Positions 47,152 to 56,670 of a DNA stretch of 64,000 bases are shown in pieces (the first letter of the stretch is position 1; each line of letters starts with the position of its first letter). The stretch covers positions 352,001 to 416,000 of the forward strand of contig OY782781.1 in NCBI GenBank assembly GCA_963678315.1. The letters run 5' to 3'. The translations under genes and the position numbers were made by a program. The notes beneath the pieces were generated by a model. It worked only from the letters and a program-made list of their open reading frames with translations. It did no database searches and was not told the DNA's origin. The DNA comes from Candidatus Cloacimonadales bacterium. GTDB taxonomy: Bacteria > Cloacimonadota > Cloacimonadia > Cloacimonadales > JAFGVF01.

Positions 47152-49661
47152 TTACCTCTAATCAAAGCAATCTTTCCTCGTTTAGTCTGACCTTTATTAT
47201 CGCTAATTGTGTAGAAATAGATACCTGAGCTACACTTCTTGCCCTTAGCATTGTTACCATCCCATGTGAAGGATTGGTATTTATTGCGAGGAAGCTCATA
47301 AACAAGCTGACCAGAGATATCATATATTTTACATGTTTTGGTGTTGCTAGGCATGACTTCTGTAGGCTCATTAATGATTTTTAGAATATCACCTTGATCA
47401 GGTCTAAATGGATTAGGATAAGCAACAACATCATCAAAATCTTTTTGATTATTAATGATGCTTCCTGCTGTAACTGAACAAAGCCCTTCTGTTGAACCAA
47501 TATATATCTTTCCTGAAAGAGGCTCGTATTCTAAGGCAGAAATTCTATTAGAAAGAAGTGGATAGTTGTCTTGAGTGTAGTTATAGAAATTCTCTGAATC
47601 AGTATCGTATTTACATAGGCCATAGTCTTCTGAACCAATCCAAACACAACCATAACCATCGGCAGCAAGAGCTGTTGGAATTGTTTGGTTAGCACTGAAT
47701 AGCTTAGTTTCTCCAACAAAGTAACGAGTATCAATTACCCAGGAGCCTTCCCATCTGTAACGCTTAATTACATTATCATATTTATACCAGTATGTTCCGT
47801 TATACATGTATAAGCCATTAGAAGAGGCAATCCATACCTGAGTTTCGTATGGTGTCTTTACTTCAGCGAAATCATATATTTGTGACAACCTTAGTTCAGA
47901 AGATGGAATAGTTTCCCAATGAAAGACATTAGCAAAAGGAATATCCTGAGAGTTCCAGAAGTATAGTTCTGCAGCATCTCCTGCTACGGAATTTGATTTG
48001 GAGAAGAAGTAACCAAATTCACAGTTAAAAGCCTTTCTAGAGTAGTTAGAAACTGAATTAGAAAAAAGGAAAGAAGCTACTTTCTCTGAACCATCTTCAT
48101 TATAAAACTCTACACCACCAGATTGTTCTGCAATCATAATATTGCCTTTCAAATCTCTCCTAACTTGTGCTATTGTGGAAGAGTTTAATGCTTCCAGTTC
48201 TGCTTCCAAATCAGTATAATCTTCATTATCTTCATTATAACTGTAGACTGCACTTGAGTTATATAGCACCCACTCATTAGTTTGCTGATTGTAAGAAGTC
48301 AAACCTGACCTCCAATTAAAAGGATTACTACCACCAGCACTCCATGCTCCAAACCACTTCTTGTTATCAGCACCCACTGCAATTGAAGTTATATTGTCAG
48401 AGTGAATTGGAGAATTATGAATATTGAAGCTTTCCCAGCTGGAACCATCAAAAGAACTAACTCCTTTAGCGCCTTTTCTTAAAGGATTTGCACCAAAATA
48501 TCCACAACATACCCATAGCAAATTGTCATTATCAACAGCTAAATCCGATACTGCATTAAAACCTATTCCGTCTGGAGTATATGAATACCATTCTTGGTTA
48601 TTCTTAATGATTATTCCATTACCCCAAGTAGACAAAACTAGCCTATCGCCATCAAGAGAAATATCTTTGATTCCATACTCAATAGATAGAGCTGAGGAAG
48701 TATCATCATTTAAATTGTATATTGAAGTCCCTTCAGTAAGCATTTCATCTATGTTTCCAGAAGAATCAACTTTATAATATAAGCTCTGTCCAAAGTTACT
48801 TATTGTTGTTAAAGAATTATCCCAAATACCTAATGAGAAGAGAACATCACCCTGGCTTGTGACTGAAAGACTTGATATTTCGCTCTCGTATAGCTCAGCA
48901 ATATCAATTATTCTTGGAGCAATATTATTTGGGAAATCATTCATGATTGAGAGCATAGACGATGTTGCTACAGAAAGACCTTTATTATTGTAGGAGAAGT
49001 GGATTATTTCTTCTGAGAGACCTAATTCTTCTTTAGCTACATAATTCCAAGCAGAGTTAGCATCTACCGAATCAACTGCAACCCAAGAAATACCTAATTC
49101 AGTTGCTACAATAAGATTATCATCAACAATATCCATGTCTAAAATTACATCTGTAGGAAGAGCTCCATTAGTAGAAGCAAAAGTGTAATTTCTATTTAAG
49201 ATAGGAAATGCTACCTCATCTAGAGTATAATAAGAAGTAATCCCAGAAGCAGTTGCAACAAAGAATAAGTCATCTGTTGAAACAATGCTCTTTATACTAT
49301 TAGAGAGTAATCCATTATCCTCATTAAGATTATAAATACTATCATTATCAAATATTATAGAAACACCATCATTGTATGACCCCACCCATATTTGGTCACT
49401 ATGTTTGGCAACTGTCAGTATCTCATTGCTGACAAGTCCATCAATAATTGTGTATTTATCAGTCAATTCAAGAGATATGTTATCTCCATTTTCAATTATA
49501 TTGTATTTTTCTACTCCACCCCAAGAGCCAACAATAATAGAGTTATCACTTAATTCTGATTCATATACAAAACTTGTATTGGTATAAACATCCCAACGTT
49601 CTTGGGCATTAACAATTAGTGTGAAAACCATTATTACTAGTATAAATATAGACTTCTTCAT
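47148..49661 (-). CDS. PorZ-like beta-propeller protein with T9SS-type C-terminal domain
   Basis: Signal peptide (ATG 49661 after AGGAG); repeated 'GL.SN.I' and 'PL.SN.I' propeller blades; 'YPLLSNRI...GKIYIGSTEGL...VVAYPNPFRP...IYDISGQLV...SGIYFY'. Confidence 0.72.
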   Translation of the reverse strand: MKKSIFILVIMVFTLIVNAQERWDVYTNTSFVYESELSDNSIIVGSWGGVEKYNIIENGDNISLELTDKYTIIDGLVSNEILTVAKHSDQIWVGSYNDGVSIIFDNDSIYNLNEDNGLLSNSIKSIVSTDDLFFVATASGITSYYTLDEVAFPILNRNYTFASTNGALPTDVILDMDIVDDNLIVATELGISWVAVDSVDANSAWNYVAKEELGLSEEIIHFSYNNKGLSVATSSMLSIMNDFPNNIAPRIIDIAELYESEISSLSVTSQGDVLFSLGIWDNSLTTISNFGQSLYYKVDSSGNIDEMLTEGTSIYNLNDDTSSALSIEYGIKDISLDGDRLVLSTWGNGIIIKNNQEWYSYTPDGIGFNAVSDLAVDNDNLLWVCCGYFGANPLRKGAKGVSSFDGSSWESFNIHNSPIHSDNITSIAVGADNKKWFGAWSAGGSNPFNWRSGLTSYNQQTNEWVLYNSSAVYSYNEDNEDYTDLEAELEALNSSTIAQVRRDLKGNIMIAEQSGGVEFYNEDGSEKVASFLFSNSVSNYSRKAFNCEFGYFFSKSNSVAGDAAELYFWNSQDIPFANVFHWETIPSSELRLSQIYDFAEVKTPYETQVWIASSNGLYMYNGTYWYKYDNVIKRYRWEGSWVIDTRYFVGETKLFSANQTIPTALAADGYGCVWIGSEDYGLCKYDTDSENFYNYTQDNYPLLSNRISALEYEPLSGKIYIGSTEGLCSVTAGSIINNQKDFDDVVAYPNPFRPDQGDILKIINEPTEVMPSNTKTCKIYDISGQLVYELPRNKYQSFTWDGNNAKGKKCSSGIYFYTISDNKGQTKRGKIALIRGN

Positions 49662-49671
49662 TTCTGCTCCT

Positions 49672-50727
49672 CTATTTCTTTTCCTTAAAAATTGCATTTA
49701 ACAACAACCAACCAAATACAAAGCATAAAATAATCAATACCATTAAGGCAATTAAGAATATCTGCTTAGTTGAAAAGTAAAAACCTATTGCTAGTAAACC
49801 AAATAATGATGTAAGGAAATAGGCTACATAACAAGTGTTTTTCTGAGTCAGACCCAAGCCCATAAGCTTGTGGTGAAGATGTTGTTTATCTGCTTCAAAA
49901 ATGTTTCTTTTGTTCTTTATTCTTCTAGTCATTGCTAACAATGTATCAAGTATAGGAAACAACATTACTACACATGGAAGTGCTATTGTCATTGCAGTAA
50001 TACCCTTGAACTGAGATATACCAGTTATGGATAGTACAGCTAAGTTAAAGCCATTGAACAGACTCCCTGTATCCCCCATAAATATTCTTGCTGGATAAAA
50101 GTTATATTTTAAGAATGCTACATTACCTGCCACAAGAATTATTGCTAAATATAGAACTATAGGATTCATAGTAATTAAGCCTACAAGGCATAGTATAGTA
50201 CCGCTTATAGCAGTTATCCCAGCAGCTAAACCATCAACCCCATCAATAAGATTTATAGCATTGCTTATACCTAAAAGCCATATCATTGTTAATGGGAAAC
50301 TTAAAAATCCTAAATTAATATCGCTTCCAAATGGATTTGTAAGCAAGCTTATCCTGAATCCTGCCGTAAAGTATAGGATTGATATCAATATTTGTAATAA
50401 GAATTTATGCTTTGCCTTCAATCGATAGACATCATCTACTAGTCCGACTACCAGAACTGCCAAGTTGATAGCTGCAAGAGCTAAAAACTTAAGTTGATAT
50501 TCAGAATCCCAGTACCACAAAGCAAAAAGAAGTTGTGCTAAGCATACTACTAATCCAAAAGCTAAACCACCACTAATTGGGGTTGGCTTTGTGTGTGAAG
50601 ATCTATCATTAGGTATGTCAAGCCAGTTCTTCTTATGAGCAAGCTTAATGTTCAAAGGAACCAGTACATAAGTCACTAAGAGTACAGTTATTCCCGCTAA
50701 AAAGTATTTCCAGTAATGTATTATCAT
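49672..50727 (-). CDS. WecA/TagO-like polyprenyl-phosphate HexNAc-1-phosphate transferase
   Basis: 'D.P..R..H..PTP..GG', 'GLVDD', 'NAINLIDGVDGLA', 'YNFYPARIFMGDTGS', 'AD..HLHH'. Confidence 0.92.
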   Translation of the reverse strand: MIIHYWKYFLAGITVLLVTYVLVPLNIKLAHKKNWLDIPNDRSSHTKPTPISGGLAFGLVVCLAQLLFALWYWDSEYQLKFLALAAINLAVLVVGLVDDVYRLKAKHKFLLQILISILYFTAGFRISLLTNPFGSDINLGFLSFPLTMIWLLGISNAINLIDGVDGLAAGITAISGTILCLVGLITMNPIVLYLAIILVAGNVAFLKYNFYPARIFMGDTGSLFNGFNLAVLSITGISQFKGITAMTIALPCVVMLFPILDTLLAMTRRIKNKRNIFEADKQHLHHKLMGLGLTQKNTCYVAYFLTSLFGLLAIGFYFSTKQIFLIALMVLIILCFVFGWLLLNAIFKEKK

Positions 50728-50730
50728 CTC

Positions 50731-51825
50731 TTATAGTTCTCGATATAGTTTTTTATAAGACTTACTAAATCTGCTAGCTGAATATTTATTTTTTACTAAT
50801 TCCCAGCTTGCTAAGCCTTTACCTTTTAACAACTTTTCTGATTCTGTAAGTTTAAGCAAGCAATTTAATAAACTTTCATTCTGAGTTACATCTATTAACC
50901 AACCGTTTTGCTCACTTACTAGTTCTCGGTTGCCTTTTATATTGGAAGCAATGATAGGTAAACCATAAGACATAGCTTCAAGAATTGCCAAAGGAAGTCC
51001 TTCCCATAGTGAATATAGAATAAATACATCAAATTTGCTAAGCAAAAATTCCTTATCAGCTGACCAACCAGGAAGCTCTATTCTATTCTCTAATTTCGCA
51101 TCTTGAACTAACTGCTTGCATTCTGCAAGGTCCTCCCCATCTCCAACAAATATAAAGTCTATCTTAGGATTATTATTACAGCAAAGAATAGCAGTCTTAA
51201 CAGTACTTACCATATTCTTTTGTTTCCAAAATCGAGCCAGACATCCTACGGTAATACGCTCTCCTGATGCTATCTCAAGTGGTATGTCTTTTGCCATCTC
51301 GCCATTAGGTATAAAATGTATCTTGTTTTTGGGTATTTTGAGTAATTTGTTAGCTAGAACAGAGTCTTCATAATTAACTGAAATCACATGAGAGCTAAAC
51401 CTTCCTGCTATCAGTTCAGCAAAGACATAGCCCCAATAGAGTAGAGGATTCTGATACTTATGAAAAGGATATCCATGTATAGTATGTAATCGATGAGGTA
51501 TCTTAGCTAAATAGCCTACAATTCGTCCCATTATACCAGTCTTTGATGAATGAGTATGAATTATATCGTACTTGCCCTTTTTTAATATATTATATAATTG
51601 CACCGAAGCCTTATAGTCTAATACTGGATTAATTTCTCTGACCAAAGACTCTACAGCAAGGTGTTTCCATCCTCTTTTCAATACTTCATCGACTAAAGGT
51701 CCATTAGGAGCAGAGGCTACTGTTATATCATAATCATCACTATCGATAGAGTCCAATATCTGTAGCATAACATTCTGAACACCAGATAGAATTGGTACAA
51801 GAACCAAATGTATAACTTTCTTCAT
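50731..51825 (-). CDS. Glycosyltransferase family 4
   Basis: 'HTHSSKTG..GR', 'HTIHG', 'SLWEGLPLAILEAM..GLP'. Confidence 0.92.
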   Translation of the reverse strand: MKKVIHLVLVPILSGVQNVMLQILDSIDSDDYDITVASAPNGPLVDEVLKRGWKHLAVESLVREINPVLDYKASVQLYNILKKGKYDIIHTHSSKTGIMGRIVGYLAKIPHRLHTIHGYPFHKYQNPLLYWGYVFAELIAGRFSSHVISVNYEDSVLANKLLKIPKNKIHFIPNGEMAKDIPLEIASGERITVGCLARFWKQKNMVSTVKTAILCCNNNPKIDFIFVGDGEDLAECKQLVQDAKLENRIELPGWSADKEFLLSKFDVFILYSLWEGLPLAILEAMSYGLPIIASNIKGNRELVSEQNGWLIDVTQNESLLNCLLKLTESEKLLKGKGLASWELVKNKYSASRFSKSYKKLYREL

Positions 51826-51831
51826 ATTAGC

Positions 51832-54195
51832 CTATAGACACTTCTCAATAAAAGTGATTGCTTTCTTAGTTTGCTCAAACCGGCTAAAATCTTCAATATT
51901 CCACTCAACACTTTTTCTAGCTTTAACAAAGTCAATAATAGCAAGTAACTGTTTCTTAATTGATTCAACATCTTCAGCTTGGCAAGTCCATGGATTACCA
52001 AGACTATTCAAAAGTTGTTCAGCTTCTCCCCCATTAGGAACTAAGCCTAAAATTGCTTTATTGCATTTCAGATATTCGAATACTTTTCCTGTTAGAACGT
52101 TTTTACCGCTTTTAGTTCCTATGAGCAGTAATAGTATATCACTATCTTGCATCTTTTTGATAGCAAGTTCATGTTCTTGCTGACTTGTTATATTTATGAT
52201 AGATACTAAGCCTGAATTTTCAATTACTGACAGTTCCTCAACATAATAATTACCCATATATTCTATAGCAATCTCATGCGAATTTATCTTACCTTCGTCA
52301 ATTAATTGCTTTACTGCTTCTAAGAAGTACTTTGATGTTCTATGTTTATACATATTCCCAACATAAGATATTGTTATCTTCTTATTAACTTTCTGCAGAC
52401 CTTGTACAAAATCTTCTTTATCATAGCCATTGTACATTACTTGAATTTTCTCAGAATTAATATTAAATTCATCGATTAATTCTTGTTTCATTACTTGGCC
52501 TATAGTAAGAACTCCACTTGCCTGATCTAAAAAGAATTTCTCCAGTCTCTTGTATTGCTGACGTGAAAAGTCATTTGTAAAATCAAAATAAGAGCTTAAT
52601 GTCCAATGATCTCTATAGTCAATAATAAAAGGTTTATTGAAGAGTCTTGCTAGTATCCAGCCTATTAATAAAGAAGATACAGGATAGATTGAGACTATTA
52701 CAACATTGTAATCATTCTTTAAGAAATTAGTCATTCCTTTCATTATTGCAGGAATAACCCAACCAATCTTATCATCCATAAAGAAGAGTGATTTTATTAG
52801 CTTTTTCTTAAACTCAGAAGTTTTAAAATAAGTGCTGTCTGGACTATTCTTTTCTTTTGAAGTAAGAAGCTTAATTTTCTGGGCTAAGCTCATTAAATCA
52901 AGAGATTCTGCTCTAATAATAGTATTATCTATTTCTTTTAAGAAACTATCATCATAGGAATGAAACATAATGTCTTTTACTGTAAGGACATCAAAATCCC
53001 AATTAAGTTCTTTAGCATATTTAGTAAACTTTAGAGGTCTTTGCACTCCTGCTCCTCCTAATGGAGGGAAGAAATAAGCAATCATCAGACCTTTCTTTTG
53101 ACTTGAAGTAATCTTATCAAATATTGCCATTAACTTAGCTTCTAGCATGTTCCAGCTATACTTTTCTTTAACTATTTTTTTAACTACATTTGCATGACTA
53201 AGTCTTTTTTCTTCCGATAGGCTTATAGACTTACACATTTCAGTAGCGATAGCACTAGCATTAAATTCACTGGTAAATATACCTTCCGAAGAATTATATA
53301 TTTTTTTGTTAAAAGGAAAGTTATTTGTGATAACCAATAATCCAGCATTAAGATATTCCAAGAGTTTGATAGGTAATGCATATTTATAACGTGTTACTTT
53401 AGGAGATAGAAGGCATAAGCCACACTTTGATTGAGCTAAGTATCCTTCAACCTGTGTATGTGGTATCTCTTGTTTCAATATTATATTATCTTCAAGATTA
53501 AGTGATTTTATTTTAGCTTGAAGTTCATCGTAATATCCTGAGATTAATTCTTTCCCTATAATTAGTACTTTAACACTTGGATGTGTAACTACAAGAACTT
53601 TGATTGCCTGAATAATCTCTGATATTCCTCGTTCTGGTGAAAGTCCACCTACATAGACAAAATCATATACTTTATTATTGCTATATGCAACTTCAGAAAG
53701 CATTGGATAATTTGGTATGGTGTAACTATTAACTCCATACTCAGTAAATTTATTAGTTAAAATATCATTAACAGTAATGCATGCATGTAGCAAAGGTATT
53801 GTCTGACTTTCAAGCTTATGATGTAGTTTCTCATTCATCATTTGTTTTAATTTACTAGATGATTTTTCTCGCTGAGCAAGTCCAAAAAACTCGTGACAAT
53901 CATATACAAATTTCAACTTAGTAAAAACCTTAGCAAGCACTAATAAGATTGGTTCAACTACCACTACAACATCTGGCTTAAGCGAAACTATATAGCTCAT
54001 AGCTGTTGCTAAGAATACCTTCCTCACTTGATTATCTAAAGCAATTAAGTCAATATTTTCTTCAGCACAAACTTCTTGTTGATTGTTATGAAGTATTATT
54101 ACTTTGTATTTCTGGGCTAAGGTCTTAGCAATTTTATGATAAAGTCTTACATCTTTGGCTTTATGACTTATCGTTACTATTAGTATGCTTTTCAT
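51832..54195 (-). CDS. Fused tandem GT4-GT4 glycosyltransferase
   Basis: N-half 'DVRLYHK...YDCHE...PIKLLEY'; C-half 'YFFPPLGGAGVQR..KF...DYRD.W...NGYD...GKVFEYL'. Confidence 0.88.
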   Translation of the reverse strand: MKSILIVTISHKAKDVRLYHKIAKTLAQKYKVIILHNNQQEVCAEENIDLIALDNQVRKVFLATAMSYIVSLKPDVVVVVEPILLVLAKVFTKLKFVYDCHEFFGLAQREKSSSKLKQMMNEKLHHKLESQTIPLLHACITVNDILTNKFTEYGVNSYTIPNYPMLSEVAYSNNKVYDFVYVGGLSPERGISEIIQAIKVLVVTHPSVKVLIIGKELISGYYDELQAKIKSLNLEDNIILKQEIPHTQVEGYLAQSKCGLCLLSPKVTRYKYALPIKLLEYLNAGLLVITNNFPFNKKIYNSSEGIFTSEFNASAIATEMCKSISLSEEKRLSHANVVKKIVKEKYSWNMLEAKLMAIFDKITSSQKKGLMIAYFFPPLGGAGVQRPLKFTKYAKELNWDFDVLTVKDIMFHSYDDSFLKEIDNTIIRAESLDLMSLAQKIKLLTSKEKNSPDSTYFKTSEFKKKLIKSLFFMDDKIGWVIPAIMKGMTNFLKNDYNVVIVSIYPVSSLLIGWILARLFNKPFIIDYRDHWTLSSYFDFTNDFSRQQYKRLEKFFLDQASGVLTIGQVMKQELIDEFNINSEKIQVMYNGYDKEDFVQGLQKVNKKITISYVGNMYKHRTSKYFLEAVKQLIDEGKINSHEIAIEYMGNYYVEELSVIENSGLVSIINITSQQEHELAIKKMQDSDILLLLIGTKSGKNVLTGKVFEYLKCNKAILGLVPNGGEAEQLLNSLGNPWTCQAEDVESIKKQLLAIIDFVKARKSVEWNIEDFSRFEQTKKAITFIEKCL

Positions 54196-55873
54196 AATCT
54201 TCCAGTGTAATTCTTATTTTATTGTTGGCTTTAACATTGATGAACTTGATTATATCTCCGTCAATCTTATAATTATTATGACTAATATCTTTGATCTTTC
54301 TATTAGAAATCAACTTAATAGTGAAGAATGGAAAGTCATCAGGAAAGTCAATTGTTGCTCCCATTTTATCATTGGTAATTAGAACATTACTTCTATTTTT
54401 CCACCATAAAGCCACATTTTCACAGGTATCATTATAGTATGAGCAATCCTTTAAATTATCAATAAGATGTTTATAAGCTTTTTTGAAGAACCTTATTTCT
54501 TTGTAATTGGATAGATTGAAATTGAAGTTAATCAATCCTCTTCTCTCTTTAATCTTACCTAGCAAATTCCTAATCTTAGAATTAACCGTTGTAAGATTGT
54601 AGTTCTTACCTTTCATTGTGTTTAGAATATTATCATCAAAGGTAACAGGTATTTCAAGTGGGAATAAACGAATATCATCTACCAGTAATTGATATGGCAG
54701 AACATTTCCTTTAGCAAATCTTTCGATGCTGTTATTTACAATTGAAGAATCATAGAGAACATCTGTCTTATGTTCTAATAAAAATGAAGCATCCCTGTCT
54801 TTCTTGCGTAAGAACTTAAGACCAAAGAAATTTTTCCCTGTAAGTTTCTTCATATAATCCTGAGATTTAGATATTTTATCTGCTTCAACCTTATTTAGTA
54901 GGATTGCTATCTCGTGTCCACTCTTCTTGATTAACTGCAAATCATCTTCCAAATCAGAGTCTTTTAAGTAGTCATAATCAAATTCTTTGCCGGACAATAA
55001 ATGTACAAACCAGGTTGATCTAATACCAGCATCATCATCGAGCTTTAAAATCTTATCAAAGTTCCAATACTGTTCTTTCTCTTTAAAAATATATCTCCAA
55101 GAATCTCTTGTATTGTAATATAAATCAGCAAATCTTAGACTAAACAAGAGCTTATATGCTCCTACCCAGCTTTCTAGAACCTTATCCCCTGTCCATCTAA
55201 CCAATTTATCTACTGTATGTGAGAATATTATTGCAAAATCTTCTCCCTTAGGCCAATACTCTTTCTTAAATAATGGATAGTTTAAATGCTTAGCACAATC
55301 TTCCATTGACCACTGCAATACAGAGAAATATAGGTTTATAAATGGGATAGATTTATATTCCTTGAAAACACTTTCAAATGAGCCACTTTCTTCATCTTTC
55401 TTATTGTTTCTGTGAAGCCATGTCTTTGCTTCAACATCAGCTAAATGATAATAGAAATTACCAAATAAATCAAACTTAATTTCACATAAGCCTATGCCTT
55501 TCATTGATACATAAGATATAAGGTTTTCTACTTCATCCCTTGTCTTCTCAGAAATTACTGGTATTCTATCTTTGAAAAAACCAATATGCCTAATTTTCTT
55601 CTTTAAATTGTTTTCATAAAGAGTATCTGTTATATATAGTGCTTCATAATATCTGATTAAAATCACAGGTACTCTTGAAGCCATGAATGCAATTTGTTCT
55701 TTTGTTACACCCTTAGAATCATACCATATTAAGAAATCTGTCTGTTCCAAATTACTTAATGAATATATAATTCTATGGCTGTATCCCAAAGAGTCAAAGA
55801 TAAAGTCAATTATATAACTTACTCTTGCCCTTATTTTACTGTCTTCTTCTTGGTCGATGTATATTGCAATCAT
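54161..55873 (-). CDS. Polysaccharide deacetylase (CE4)-like protein with degenerate catalytic motifs
   Basis: 'WP.G..FA...SH.VD', 'RSTWF', 'GHEI', 'YDSS', 'LEIPVT..D' follow the CE4-like proteins of polysaccharide loci. Confidence 0.6.
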   Translation of the reverse strand: MIAIYIDQEEDSKIRARVSYIIDFIFDSLGYSHRIIYSLSNLEQTDFLIWYDSKGVTKEQIAFMASRVPVILIRYYEALYITDTLYENNLKKKIRHIGFFKDRIPVISEKTRDEVENLISYVSMKGIGLCEIKFDLFGNFYYHLADVEAKTWLHRNNKKDEESGSFESVFKEYKSIPFINLYFSVLQWSMEDCAKHLNYPLFKKEYWPKGEDFAIIFSHTVDKLVRWTGDKVLESWVGAYKLLFSLRFADLYYNTRDSWRYIFKEKEQYWNFDKILKLDDDAGIRSTWFVHLLSGKEFDYDYLKDSDLEDDLQLIKKSGHEIAILLNKVEADKISKSQDYMKKLTGKNFFGLKFLRKKDRDASFLLEHKTDVLYDSSIVNNSIERFAKGNVLPYQLLVDDIRLFPLEIPVTFDDNILNTMKGKNYNLTTVNSKIRNLLGKIKERRGLINFNFNLSNYKEIRFFKKAYKHLIDNLKDCSYYNDTCENVALWWKNRSNVLITNDKMGATIDFPDDFPFFTIKLISNRKIKDISHNNYKIDGDIIKFINVKANNKIRITLEDYEKHTNSNDKS

Positions 55874-56039
55874 TTTTATCTACTCTATTTTTTTAGTCAA
55901 TTTTACATTACAAATTTTCAATGTCAAGTAGAAGAAAAAAATTCCTATTTATCATAATTTATTTGAAATCTTTTTACTTCAAGAAAGCATATAAATCATA
56001 ACCATTTATGCCTGATATTGTCTTATGTTTTAGCAGAAT

Positions 56040-56435
56040 TGTGGTCAAGCCTCCATGCTAATTCATGACCGCCCTTTGGGACTCAATAGCAAATAAGATA
56101 ACTATCCACGAATTACACAAAGAAACACGAACAAACACAAAGCTACACAAATCTAAACCCTAAACAATTAAACATCTAAACAACTAAACCTCTCAACAGC
56201 TAAACCTCTCAACATTTTTTTATCTGTATAATCTGCCTTTTCTGTGTTCTATTAACATGGGTTGCAAGCTACAGTCTTCGCTTTCTAAAGTATTTCTGGG
56301 TGTCCTGCAAAGTCGGAACGCCAGCCTCTGTGCTGGCCAAACCTACGGAAGTAGGTTATCTAGAAGGTTTAAAAAATTGTTTAGCACATACTTACATGCT
56401 AAAGCCGGCAGGGATGCCGGCGTTCCCAGTATGTC
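56040..56435. repeat. Mosaic of short-period repeats and a REP-like doublet
   Basis: caagcctccatgct (as in the 245-bp unit); ccacgaattacacaaagaaacacgaacaaacacaa; 8-nt (ct/tc)aaac runs; ggaacgccagcc...gctggc paired with gccggcagggatgccggcgttccc. Confidence 0.75.
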
Positions 56436-56580
56436 CTCACTTATCACTACGTTCTAAGTGAAGCCAGCTAGCAGCCGGCGTTCCCAGTATGTCCTAACTC
56501 CAACCTTACTTGCCACCTTGAAAAATCGGCTTTTTTTCAAGGTGGCAAGTAAGGGTGTAGAGACCTTTCGAAAACGTCTC
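56436..56580 (+). repeat. Dispersed mosaic REP-like element, copy C, with a perfect 22-bp palindrome
   Basis: tcacttatcact..gttctaagtgaagccagc...gttcccagtatgtcc; CCTTACTTGCCACCTTGAAAAA-7 nt-TTTTTCAAGGTGGCAAGTAAGG (56504-56554); gtagagac...gtctc. Confidence 0.88.
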
Positions 56581-56610
56581 ATTGACAGTCTTATAATTTT
56601 TATGGCATAT

Positions 56611-56640
56611 AAAAAAGAGCCCTGAAAATTCAAGGCTCTA
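56611..56640 (-). terminator. Intrinsic terminator after buk
   Basis: AGAGCC.TGAA-AA-TTCA.GGCTCT with a T-run on the minus strand. Confidence 0.75.
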
Positions 56641-56670
56641 ATAATATATTTATTACTCTATAATTGAGTA

